DNA of 64,000 nt, taken from positions 164,459 through 228,458 of IMG/VR virus record IMGVR_UViG_3300035698_010479; one strand, written 5' to 3'. The translations under genes and the position numbers were made by a program. How positions within the stretch are numbered: the first letter of the stretch is position 1; the number at the start of each line of letters is the position of its first letter. The notes beneath the pieces are model-generated. The model was not told the DNA's origin. It made no database searches and worked only from the letters and a program-made list of their open reading frames with translations. Below are positions 1 to 10,300 of the stretch, piece by piece.

Positions 1-43
1 TTACCGTAAAATTGGACTTTCTTATATTAATATTTGTTGCCAT
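1..43 (-). CDS. 5' fragment of a gene running off the window (MATNINIRKSNFTV...)
   Basis: ATG at 43 directly after the stop of the 49..546 ORF, same strand, open to the window edge. Confidence 0.45.
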   Translation of the reverse strand, partial: MATNINIRKSNFTV

Positions 44-48
44 ATATA

Positions 49-546
49 TTATCCATATAAAATTGTGGGTATCCAATGAAAATCATATTCATAAGGGTCC
101 CCTTTAACGATCACTTCCGATGTTATATCAAAATCTACTTCGCCATTATTTAAGGTTACCACCATATCTGATAAGTCTATACCTGATGATGGGTGCTTCT
201 CTTCTATAACAAAACGTATATGTTCTGTTATAGGTACATTAATACCCACGGGGGAAAAATTTTTTAAAGTCGGTGGGTATCTATCTACATCAAAATCCTG
301 CCAATCTATTATGCTACACATATCAGCAATAGCTTTATTTATTTCAGGCTCTATAAAGTCTTCTGTAACTTTGTGTACAAATCTTGGTACTATCTTATTA
401 CCACTAGAGTCCAGAGATGCGGTTCCTATCTCTAGCAACCACACCATTTCACCCTCTTCATCCTTTAAAGCATATTTACGTAAGTTTAAATTAAACTTTA
501 CTGCTTTTCTAGGATTTAAAGTATGCTTTACAATTATATCAGACAT
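49..546 (-). CDS. hypothetical virion structural protein, tail-tip region
   Basis: 165 aa, tightly packed in the tail operon; the C-terminal half is beta-rich and Ig-like. Confidence 0.6.
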   Translation of the reverse strand: MSDIIVKHTLNPRKAVKFNLNLRKYALKDEEGEMVWLLEIGTASLDSSGNKIVPRFVHKVTEDFIEPEINKAIADMCSIIDWQDFDVDRYPPTLKNFSPVGINVPITEHIRFVIEEKHPSSGIDLSDMVVTLNNGEVDFDITSEVIVKGDPYEYDFHWIPTILYG

Positions 547-1511
547 TAAGAAAAGTCAATTTGATTTATCATAATTTTTGCCATATATCTTAATAATTCA
601 TCTATATCATTGTAGTAACTATCAGGTGAGTTATCTGGATCTACCTTCTGTAGAATCTGAACATATGCTCCTGAAGCTACAGTGTAACTGTTAGGTATAC
701 CTATAAAACTATTAGTAGCAGTTGTAGCTACAGTTATATTAGTAGTGTTGACTGCCAATGCAGTAAAATAGTTACTCTTAGTTCCATCAGTAATAACAAG
801 TGCATCACCAACATTAACACCGGTAGTCATATTTATAACTAATGTATCCGCGTTCGCAGTATAATCAGATAATAGGGGTGCTTCCAATATAGTTATATCA
901 GATAGTACTTCACTCATAACAGGCTGGTCAAAACCCAACATTGCCGCACAATCGTTTACAGGGCTATTTCCAACTCTAACAGATGACCTTGCAGGGCCTG
1001 TAAAATAGTTAGATATTGTACCTGAGGATATAAAAAATTTATTATCCGAAAACTTTACTGAACAGTTTTTATAAGCCAGTTTAAAACCGGCATCAACTCC
1101 AGAAGCAGTAACCACACGTAGTTTGGCCTGTATATCCATAGCAATTTCTTCACCACGTTTTAATACGCCATTATTATGATCTAGTGTTATATTATAATAA
1201 CCATTAGAAGTACCACTAACTGTAGCGTCCATTTTTACACCGAGAACGCAATGTGTGGAGTCTAATGCAAATTTACCATTTGTGCCTTTAAACCCTGAGC
1301 TTTTAACCCAACCTATCTTGCCCCCAGCTATATAAAGACTCTGAATAGATGTCCTAGCTGTAGTATCTGAATAAGCTGATGTCGATGCAGATATTAAATA
1401 TTTTTCATCACCTTCTGAACCTGAAGGTACTAAAATAGTTGTGTCCAATGTAACTTTTTTTGTCACACCAGGAAAATTTTCTAAATCTTGTACGTCTAAG
1501 CTAATGGACAT
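546..1511 (-). CDS. putative tail-tip/baseplate structural protein
   Basis: 321 aa, Thr/Ser/Gly-rich beta-type composition, RBS GGAGG, located downstream of the tape measure gene. Confidence 0.6.
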   Translation of the reverse strand: MSISLDVQDLENFPGVTKKVTLDTTILVPSGSEGDEKYLISASTSAYSDTTARTSIQSLYIAGGKIGWVKSSGFKGTNGKFALDSTHCVLGVKMDATVSGTSNGYYNITLDHNNGVLKRGEEIAMDIQAKLRVVTASGVDAGFKLAYKNCSVKFSDNKFFISSGTISNYFTGPARSSVRVGNSPVNDCAAMLGFDQPVMSEVLSDITILEAPLLSDYTANADTLVINMTTGVNVGDALVITDGTKSNYFTALAVNTTNITVATTATNSFIGIPNSYTVASGAYVQILQKVDPDNSPDSYYNDIDELLRYMAKIMINQIDFS

Positions 1512-1541
1512 TATTATATCCTCCGTTATTGAATTATTATA

Positions 1542-1829
1542 TTATACATAAAAAAAAGCTAATCCGGTATTTAAAAGGTACTGACACCCACTATAGGTGC
1601 ATTGATAACCCCAAGTACCCCCAACATTAATCGGACGCATATAATAGTGTTTGTTATCATCTCCTATGTGTGCTGCTTTTGCTGGCAAAGTACCTGATAC
1701 AGAGATATCTAATAAGTGTCTAGTCCTTATATCTGTAGCTTCTATATCGAAAGGGCAAGGTGCATAACACTTACCGACATGATCAAATACTTTATATTCT
1801 GGAAAATTTCCACATGTATAGTCTGCCAT
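1542..1829 (-). CDS. small Cys-rich hypothetical protein
   Basis: 95 aa with C, CxxxC and CxxxxC clusters; in operon. Confidence 0.55.
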   Translation of the reverse strand: MADYTCGNFPEYKVFDHVGKCYAPCPFDIEATDIRTRHLLDISVSGTLPAKAAHIGDDNKHYYMRPINVGGTWGYQCTYSGCQYLLNTGLAFFYV

Positions 1830-1831
1830 TG

Positions 1832-2260
1832 TTATCCTATAAAATTATATATTTGTAAATCTTTATTAGAAACATACGTCTTATATGAAGTATAAAAATC
1901 ATGCGTTTCTCTTTCGTGTTGTTTACAATCAATAACTAACGTGTCACTATCTTCCAACTTAGGTACCTTATGTATTTCAGAGTCGTGTGTAATATAGCAA
2001 TCGGATAATAACACTTTATTAGCAACATAGGTTACTTCCCCCCATGCTAGTTTACCTATATATACATTGTCTACTAAAATAAAGTACTGTTTAAAAAAAT
2101 CAAGAAACATAAAGTTATTACTTTCAATTTTTTCGGCAAACTGTAAAACAGGTCCAGAAAAATAAGCATTTAGTAAACTACACGTATTATCTGAATATAT
2201 CGCTTTTTCCCAGCATAACTCTAATCTATATTTCTCACCAAGTAAAAATAAATCACGCAT
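1832..2260 (-). CDS. hypothetical protein
   Basis: 142 aa with operon-like spacing; no recognisable motif. Confidence 0.55.
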   Translation of the reverse strand: MRDLFLLGEKYRLELCWEKAIYSDNTCSLLNAYFSGPVLQFAEKIESNNFMFLDFFKQYFILVDNVYIGKLAWGEVTYVANKVLLSDCYITHDSEIHKVPKLEDSDTLVIDCKQHERETHDFYTSYKTYVSNKDLQIYNFIG

Positions 2261-2271
2261 AAAAGCTCCAA

Positions 2272-2937
2272 TTATAAGTATAAAGGATTATAAGGCATAG
2301 AACAGTTACCAGTACCGATATCACCTGAACCGCCCGTAGATGAACCAACTGCAGCTATAACACCATTGTATATAAAATCTGATCTACCAATTTGTCCAGC
2401 TGATACACTACCAGTTGTACCTTGGTCAGTAGCTCCAGTAAAAGTTATACCAACTACATTTTCTGCTGTACCAACTGGATCAGAACTAGTGATGGAACCT
2501 TCTGATATACCCCGTAGTACATATGTAGGCAAAACAACATTAGCATCACCTAAAGTAACGTAATTCATCAACGACCAAGACTCTGTACCTGGCGATCTAG
2601 CATCCCCTTTTGAATAGTTATAACTACTGACATACCATGTAGTGGATGTTGGCCCAGATGAACCTGCACCACATCCTGCTGGTGATACTGTGGCAGCTAG
2701 TTGATTCGCATTTGCGCAAGTTGTTGTAGGAGTTGTTGTATACGAAGGTCCTGGAGAATACACAGTAACGTTTAAAGTTTCTGTTGGGCTTTTCAACTCT
2801 GCCGCAGTATAAGGGTCCCAACTACCAAGAACGTATGCTCTCTGTATATTAGGACTAATACTCCAGGAAACTTGTGTAGCGTGACTACCAGCCCCGCCGA
2901 AGGATATTGTTGTAACTGAACCTATTATAACACCCAT
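2272..2937 (-). CDS. putative tail-tip protein, possibly tube-like fold
   Basis: 221 aa, G/S/T-rich, alternating beta-strand patterns (QVSWSISPNIQRAYVLG, YVSSYNYS) typical of tube-fold tail proteins. Confidence 0.5.
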   Translation of the reverse strand: MGVIIGSVTTISFGGAGSHATQVSWSISPNIQRAYVLGSWDPYTAAELKSPTETLNVTVYSPGPSYTTTPTTTCANANQLAATVSPAGCGAGSSGPTSTTWYVSSYNYSKGDARSPGTESWSLMNYVTLGDANVVLPTYVLRGISEGSITSSDPVGTAENVVGITFTGATDQGTTGSVSAGQIGRSDFIYNGVIAAVGSSTGGSGDIGTGNCSMPYNPLYL

Positions 2938-2939
2938 AT

Positions 2940-3146
2940 TTAGTCCCCTTTTTTACATATTAAGAAAGAAGCATAGTCGCATTCGTATCTTTTTTCACAT
3001 TCTGGGCAATTATGCCTTTTATATGATGCCAGTCTAGCCTCTATTTGGGCGTTGGAAAGATACTTATATTCCCCAAAAAGCTCCTTACTTACATCATTGA
3101 CCTTGTTAGTATATTTACTTCTTTTTGAGCAGCTTCCGCAAGTCAT
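2940..3146 (-). CDS. small Cys-rich (metal-binding) protein
   Basis: 68 aa with CGSC, CPEC and two further Cys. Confidence 0.55.
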   Translation of the reverse strand: MTCGSCSKRSKYTNKVNDVSKELFGEYKYLSNAQIEARLASYKRHNCPECEKRYECDYASFLICKKGD

Positions 3147-3156
3147 ATTAGTATTC

Positions 3157-3411
3157 CTAATTAGTTGTTGTTATTAAAGTAACATGTGTTTCATACCAAC
3201 CATTGGTACCAATAATTTGGTTCAATGACATAGCAGTAACTTCACCATCAAATGTTCTACCACCAGCATCAATTGACGTGGTATAACAAAAATTAGCTGT
3301 TTGATGCACAGTTGTATAAGACACAGTGGCTCTACCCATTATATCATAGCTAATAGATAATGAAGTACACTCTATAAAACCACAAGGTAAATTTATTGTG
3401 GAATTGCCCAT
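3157..3411 (-). CDS. hypothetical tail-tip protein
   Basis: 84 aa, beta-rich, translationally coupled to neighbours. Confidence 0.5.
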   Translation of the reverse strand: MGNSTINLPCGFIECTSLSISYDIMGRATVSYTTVHQTANFCYTTSIDAGGRTFDGEVTAMSLNQIIGTNGWYETHVTLITTTN

Positions 3412-3686
3412 TAGCTTCTTTCCTCTACAAAATCTGGATTTTCCACAGTACTACCAGAAAAAACATCTCCACTAACATCTAGTAGTCTGGAAAAAGAACC
3501 AGACATCAAATCTCCACCCTGGCCTCTAAAGTCACCACTACCAGGAAGATTTTCTGTATATAAATAGTTAACTACAGTTGATTCTTCACCCATAAAAGTC
3601 TGCAGTATAAACTCAGAACCACCTACTGGCATTGGTGACCCAGCACGAAGCCTATATGTTCTACCAATTACTTTAACGTCTGCCAT
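3411..3686 (-). CDS. hypothetical protein
   Basis: 91 aa; its stop overlaps the next start at 3411. Confidence 0.5.
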   Translation of the reverse strand: MADVKVIGRTYRLRAGSPMPVGGSEFILQTFMGEESTVVNYLYTENLPGSGDFRGQGGDLMSGSFSRLLDVSGDVFSGSTVENPDFVEERS

Positions 3687-3694
3687 AATTTATC

Positions 3695-4300
3695 CTAACT
3701 TATTGAGTAAATGAAACTCATATTAACTACCGGAATTTGCCCTGGAACACACTGTATGTTAATATTCTGTAGTTTACAACTACCGTATCCCCCTATACCA
3801 TATGAGGTTAGATTAATTGTACAACCGGCTTCCGTAGTAGTATTTATATCCCACGGGTTTCCACTGTAGATCAACCCATAGCCATCTTTTTGTGTTGAGT
3901 TTTCGTACAAAGAAGCTGGTCCTGAACCAGCTGTGGCACTTACTACTTGATACTCACTTATAGGATTGGGAACACCATTTATAGAGGGAAATTTTGCATA
4001 CCCACCTACCTCACCAGATACATAGGATCTTCCAGCCCCTCCAAATAAATACATATTTTCTTCACAATTACTTTTTATAATCCAGGGGATAGTAACACCA
4101 GCTCTACCTGGGCAACCTACATATCGTTCTTTTGAAGCATACGCAGTAATAGATACAGTACCAGTGCTTGGTGACACTGTATAAGCATTAGTTCCACCGG
4201 CGCTTATTAAATTCATCTGTGTAGACCCTTGAGAGGTTACGGAAATAATACCTTGAGCAGTTATATTAAAATTTCCAACTAAATTACAACAAGAAGTCAT
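3695..4300 (-). CDS. putative tail-tip structural protein
   Basis: 201 aa, G/S/T-rich, RBS AGGAG, in the tail operon. Confidence 0.55.
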   Translation of the reverse strand: MTSCCNLVGNFNITAQGIISVTSQGSTQMNLISAGGTNAYTVSPSTGTVSITAYASKERYVGCPGRAGVTIPWIIKSNCEENMYLFGGAGRSYVSGEVGGYAKFPSINGVPNPISEYQVVSATAGSGPASLYENSTQKDGYGLIYSGNPWDINTTTEAGCTINLTSYGIGGYGSCKLQNINIQCVPGQIPVVNMSFIYSIS

Positions 4301-4311
4301 TATAGTTCTCC

Positions 4312-4707
4312 TTAGGGTGTAGTAGGTGTAGTAGTTGGAATATCTGCCATATACGTACCATAAGCAGGGCCACCTTGCTCTATAGATCCATGTGTGTGAA
4401 TTGGTATGGATATGATAGAAATTATATGCTCTTCATTATTAGCTGTAAAAAAATGAATTCTATTTTCTCTACTTTGTAAATGTGTATATCTTACTTTTAG
4501 TACAGGCTCGTCTAATTTAGTTATACTACCTACTAACTCATCCTCTGAAACAAAGCCGTATATATGTAACCTAGGCTCTCCATGAATTTTTACCATATCC
4601 GCAGATTTTTTAGGAAAAGTGCCCTGTCTTTCTTTAGGAAATACTGGTACTGATATATCTACATAATGTCCAGCAGGTATTGATATAGTAGCTGCATTGT
4701 ATGCCAT
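4312..4707 (-). CDS. hypothetical tail-tip protein with C-terminal HxH
   Basis: 131 aa; contains IPIHTHG near the C-terminus. Confidence 0.5.
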   Translation of the reverse strand: MAYNAATISIPAGHYVDISVPVFPKERQGTFPKKSADMVKIHGEPRLHIYGFVSEDELVGSITKLDEPVLKVRYTHLQSRENRIHFFTANNEEHIISIISIPIHTHGSIEQGGPAYGTYMADIPTTTPTTP

Positions 4708-5306
4708 TATGGGGTTACTCCTGCAGTAGTATCTACTAAGGTTATCGCACTGAAACTAAAATTTAAAGACATATCAGAGTTGGCTAAATTAGTAACACCA
4801 AAAGCGTTAAGATCAGAAGAGTTATTACTTTTATTATTTTTCTCTTTAGCACTGGTAACATCTTGGTCTGTATATTGTACATTAGCATTTACTAAAGCAA
4901 ATTGGCCTCCTTTTTCAGCTGCCCTAACTACACTTTCTATAATAGCCCAACGTGCCTTAGAGTCCATCTGACGTCTAGTGTATTTCTCACCCTCTAGTCT
5001 ATAAAGAACATCGCTACCTGAAATATTCAATACAGTATAATTAGGATCATCAAAACATATACTAGGTCTGGAAGATAGAATTAAACCAGTAAATATTTTA
5101 CTTTCTCTACCTTTCTCACCAGCATATATAATCACCTCATTATTATCAATAGATCTAAGGTGTGAAGATAGTACTTTAACAGACGCAGAAAAAGTAGATT
5201 TACTATTTCTAGTTTTTGTCACATTAAAAGATAGTATATACGGCGTTGCAACAGAAATACCACCGAAAGATATAGTAGCTCTAATTTTTACACTTTCTAT
5301 TGACAT
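4707..5306 (-). CDS. putative baseplate-hub-like/distal tail protein
   Basis: 199 aa; the SFNVTKTRN..STFSASV...IIYAG..KIFTG.I pattern resembles the N-terminal part of hub (gp27/GPD-like) proteins; second gene after the TMP. Confidence 0.5.
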   Translation of the reverse strand: MSIESVKIRATISFGGISVATPYILSFNVTKTRNSKSTFSASVKVLSSHLRSIDNNEVIIYAGEKGRESKIFTGLILSSRPSICFDDPNYTVLNISGSDVLYRLEGEKYTRRQMDSKARWAIIESVVRAAEKGGQFALVNANVQYTDQDVTSAKEKNNKSNNSSDLNAFGVTNLANSDMSLNFSFSAITLVDTTAGVTP

Positions 5307-7309
5307 TACCCCTCCACAGCATTATTATGAATAGTTATAGAAACCCTATCTCTTATGGCCAGTACACTAGCACAACCATTAATACACATTATTGGCCCTA
5401 TACCATCAACATGTACAACATACTGTACATGATTTCCTAGATCTTGTATAATAGTTCCTTTGGAGGATACTTCTTCGGTTTGTTTGTAATAAATTCCGCC
5501 ATCTATACCAGCAAAATCTCCAAAATATTCTGGGCCTTCAGTTACATTTATTAAATAAGAGCCTTGGTCTGTGTATGAATACTCCACTACGTTTACAATA
5601 CCACCGTTTATACCCCTATCACCTACTTTTGGGTTATCTGTAGGTGGACATGTATGTGTAAAAACCTCACCATTATCTGCCTTTAGTAAGTCATATAATT
5701 TACGTGATAATATTCTAGTATGTCCTTCATCTAGTGAAGCTAATGTGAGGCTTAAAGTCCTACCGGAACTCATGGTTGATAAGGCCCTCTCCATAGCAGT
5801 ATCTTGTAGTTCTTGAACGGTTGTTGGATCATTATCCACAATGCCATCTGTTTGGTCAATTATATCACCATTTATAGCAATTGGTGATGGTAGATCTCTT
5901 ATGGCCATTCCTAGAATTTCCACTGTAAGATTTTGAGCTATCTCAGACGCTCTGCCTGTAGGATCTGTAACAATAAAACATGGAGAGTCTAGATTTATTT
6001 GGGCCCATATTTGTTCTACAAGAACACCATTATTGTTTTCAAGCGGCAATATTGTACCTTGTGCTGGATCAGCACCTTGAAATAATTCTATTAAATCCTC
6101 ACTTGCATCATCAATATAGAAATTAACGCCAGTACCAACAGTAGCGAAGTCATTATATCTTAGATTATCGACAAACTGAATACATGGAAGATTTTCAAAA
6201 GTATTATCCTCTTTATTATATAATGTTGCATAGTGTATACTTTCATTTAGTTTTATAATGTTCCTGTATATATTTCTGGAAAACACACATAATACTGTGT
6301 TTGTTATATCATTTTCAGAAATAGCAGCTGCGTCGTCAACAGGAACGCCCCAACAACTTACCAATGGTATACCTACAACAAATACACCCTGTATACCTAA
6401 AAACTTACTAACCACTGAACCTCTAATATCATCGTAAGTAAGCCCCTCAATACTAGGTATAACTAAAGGTATAGATGATGATGAACAATTCATTACAGTT
6501 GTGTCGAACGTTGTACAACCACTTAATGATTCATCATTAAAAACAGATATCTTTCTTTTTACTAATGTACCAATATTTGGGTGTGGTCCTGGTCCGATCT
6601 TTGCTTCTGGGTCTGAAAGTATTACAGGAATAGATGACTGACTTTGCTGATAAATCTTAGTAAATGGTGTAACCAAGTCTGCCGGTGGTGTAATTTTCCA
6701 TGAAAAGCCTATAAATCTCTCAAATGGTGAGGTTAATTCAAAACCTATATCATTTATACCATTATTCCAATTACTATTTGGTGAATTTCTAAATGGATCA
6801 TTATAAGTCACAGTAGCGTGTGTGGTAAAATTACTAAAAAGGCAACTAGAATTTAATTTTGTAGTATCATGTACTGTACTATTACTTGATTCGGACCCTA
6901 TAATTTCGTACCACTCATACATTATACGTTCTTGTTTAGGTTTAGCCCCTGTTATTTGAACGCCAACATCAGGTCTTACATAACTTCTTGAACCTATACT
7001 ATAATAAGGACTTATATCAGCATTACTATCACCAACTTCATAAAATTCAGCTTTTCCATCTGCATTTATTCTCACTTCAAATAAGTTGGAACTTTCATTC
7101 TTAGCGTATTCCTCCAGCAAAGATGTTTTCAATGTTGATAATGCATCAGCTCTCTTTATATCTACATTATTTAAAGGACCTCCCCCGTTACCTTCATAAC
7201 TAATACCAAAAGTTGCTAGTACATCTTCAGCTACGCTGGATTTTTCAGGTACTTCATAGATATCTTGAAGTACCTGAAAACCTGGCCACACAAAATTTTC
7301 TGTTGCCAT
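5306..7309 (-). CDS. putative tail-tip hub/distal tail protein
   Basis: 667 aa, acidic, immediately downstream of the TMP (canonical Dit/hub position). Confidence 0.55.
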   Translation of the reverse strand: MATENFVWPGFQVLQDIYEVPEKSSVAEDVLATFGISYEGNGGGPLNNVDIKRADALSTLKTSLLEEYAKNESSNLFEVRINADGKAEFYEVGDSNADISPYYSIGSRSYVRPDVGVQITGAKPKQERIMYEWYEIIGSESSNSTVHDTTKLNSSCLFSNFTTHATVTYNDPFRNSPNSNWNNGINDIGFELTSPFERFIGFSWKITPPADLVTPFTKIYQQSQSSIPVILSDPEAKIGPGPHPNIGTLVKRKISVFNDESLSGCTTFDTTVMNCSSSSIPLVIPSIEGLTYDDIRGSVVSKFLGIQGVFVVGIPLVSCWGVPVDDAAAISENDITNTVLCVFSRNIYRNIIKLNESIHYATLYNKEDNTFENLPCIQFVDNLRYNDFATVGTGVNFYIDDASEDLIELFQGADPAQGTILPLENNNGVLVEQIWAQINLDSPCFIVTDPTGRASEIAQNLTVEILGMAIRDLPSPIAINGDIIDQTDGIVDNDPTTVQELQDTAMERALSTMSSGRTLSLTLASLDEGHTRILSRKLYDLLKADNGEVFTHTCPPTDNPKVGDRGINGGIVNVVEYSYTDQGSYLINVTEGPEYFGDFAGIDGGIYYKQTEEVSSKGTIIQDLGNHVQYVVHVDGIGPIMCINGCASVLAIRDRVSITIHNNAVEG

Positions 7310-7310
7310 A

Positions 7311-10300
7311 TTATACTCTCTTTATTGAATATATATGAGTCATTGCATTGTTCTGGCTTTCTTTTAATTCATTTATAGACACATTAAGTACTTGTTTCAA
7401 TGTTATTATTGATGAGGTTAGCCCAGATACCTCTGAAGAAGTAGCTAGCATATCTTTCTTAAGTCCAGCTATTTCAGATTTCTGATTAATATCTAGTACG
7501 GGCAATTCAGCAACAATATCCTTTACGGTAGTTTTAATTAAAGATATCTGATCGGCAGAACTTTTCTCTAAATTACCTACACGAGAATCAAAATCTTTTA
7601 AAGTACTAGCGAACATATCACCCATATCAGCTCCCACAGAACTTGTTTTAACATTAATATCCTTCAACTCATCTAAACCTAATATCTTAATATCTCTTAA
7701 ATTCTCTAGGCCTGTTATTGATATATTTTTCAATTGGTCTATATTTTCAATTCTAATATTAGCTAATTTTTCTAATCCCTCAACTTTTATATCTCTTATA
7801 CTATCTATACCAGTTATCTTAATATCATGTAGGTCATTTATACCTTCAATTTTGATATTCTTAAGCTCACTCAAACCTTCTATCTTTATATCTTTTAGGT
7901 CACTCAAACCTTCTATCTTTATATCACGTAAGTCGCTCAAACCTTCTATCTTTATATCGGTTAGTTTATCAATACCTTCAATTTTTATATTGGTTAATTT
8001 ATTTAAAGACTTCTCAAGGTTACTTACAATTTTCTCAAAAGCATCTAAACCTTCTATTTCAACTGTCTGCTTTGCTGGTGCTTGTGTATTAATACTAGCT
8101 GAGTTATTTTGAGTAGTGTTATTACCAAAGTAATTTTTGTCCAGTATTACTTCCCCACCTTCTAAAAAGTAACTGCCGGATTTATGTGCAACACCACCAT
8201 TATGTCTAACCTGTCTACTTAAATTGTTAGAGTTAACATCACCGCCTGCTAGGAAATTATTTTTAGTGTTATCACCTCTTGTAAGTATCTCCCCTTGTTT
8301 TTGTTTAGTCAGCCTGCTTATTATTTCTATCAACATTTTTTCAGGAATGGTGCCTGACATAGACTGCATATATTTCTTATAAAAATCTGGGTCGTTACCT
8401 GCACGTGTAGTGAAACCATTTAGTTGTTCATTATATGTACGTAAACCATCTATATTTCGTTCACTTCGTTTTTTAAATGTACCTTTACCATACTTTTCAT
8501 CCACTAGTTTAGCCATGTCTGATTTACGCTTATCTAAGTAAAAACTCTCAAAATTACTAGAATGTTGAAAAGCTTCAGACATCATAAAATTAGCTTTTTG
8601 ATTTGTAGCTACAGCAGCCATACCACCAGCACTGGCCAAAGTTTTTACATTTCGGTCAGTTATAGATAAACTTTTAAAAAACGATTCTCTACCTTTATCA
8701 TCTAATGTAGAAAGATACGCTTTTCTTTCTGGAGTATCGGCGCTTGCCAGATTAACTCTTTTTTGTAGTTCAGATAAAGCATCTGGACCTTTATTTAAAT
8801 TATCAGCAACGAATGGGGTCCCTTTACCTGTACCATTCATAACTGTAAGACCCTTTATATCACTCCAACGTTTTGTAGGTAGATTAACACTAGCACCAGC
8901 TCTAGTTGCATCAATTTGCTTTGCTATTAGTTTAGTAGTAGGTTCTTTCATAGCATTTTCGTAGTATGCAGTATTACCCCTACTTATATTACCTAGTTTA
9001 GTAATTTCATCAGTTAATTGTTTTTTGCCCTCTTCTTCTTCAGGTGTAACTGCATGAGTTAGATTAGCATCCTGTAAGCTAAGATGTAAACCCCTACTGT
9101 CTATTGAGTTGCTATCTCTAAATTTAGCTAAAGAACTTATTTTATTTATTAATTGTTCAGTAGTTTCCTCGGAGTTAATAATATTATTACTAGAAGTACT
9201 ATTATCTAGACTGGCAGCAACGCGTTCTTTTAAAGATACACCAGAAGTGTTCTGATTACTAGGTGTTAAGCTAGTATTGTTTTGCCATACACCTTTATTA
9301 TCTTTATAAACATCTGTTGTATAAACTTGTTTAGGTTCACTAGGGTAAGAAACTATAGCGTCTTTACTGTACATATCAAATAGCTGCTTTCTTAACTTTT
9401 CTTGTTCATCTACAGAGCCGCCTTTCGCAAAGCCTTTGGTGGCTATGGAGTCAACCATATTTTTTAAGCCTATAGGTCCAGTGCGTGTAACTATATTAAT
9501 CAGTGAAGCACTATCACCATATATGGCTTGACCTTTACTCATAACTTCTTTCAATAATGCTTTGTTATTCATTATTTCTTTAGTATATTTAGAAACATCC
9601 AAATTCGTTCCCATAATACCTTGGGCTTCTTTTAGATAACCAGATAGTCCTGATTTTGTTGTTACATTAGTAGCTTTAGATACTACATTTTTAAATAAGG
9701 CAGCAGAACCAAAGCCCGATAAGATATCTACTGGGTCTATCATTGGTGTTTCTAAACCACCTATCTGCTGTGAATAGTCTTTCTCATTGGCAAAGCCGTG
9801 GTTATTATAATCTTCTTTGGACCATGAAGATCTTATGGTAGCATCATCTGGTAATCTACCGCTGTTAAAGGCATCAGCAGTTGCTGTCCCACCAATTTTT
9901 GCGACCTCTTCAGGAGTTAATAGTAACTCACCATTACTAACATTGATGGGTACTTGGCCACCTTTTGCAAACGAATTAAGCCTGCTTTTGGTAGCTTGAG
10001 CATATTTAGCCTGTATAACATATGAACCAGAAGGTACAGCCATTGATATATCATCTGAAGTACCAGTACCAGCACCCCTGATTATAGATCCTACAGTTCC
10101 ACCAGAAGCAAGGCCTGTTGGGTCAGAGAATGACCTAGAAAGTATATCACCCACCTTACTTAACTCTTCCATAAAAGTAGGTGATTTATCCACCTTTAAT
10201 ACACCTAAAGCCTCTACTAGTTGTGAACTTGTCAACAGGGTATTAATTATTTTATCCGTCTGTGCATTAAGCGCAGATACTACTGGATTAGAAGAAACAG

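Noticed and set aside
7659-7988. 33-bp periodic repeat as a possible CRISPR array
   Set aside because: No unique spacers; the period is a multiple of 3 and in frame within a protein; no cas genes
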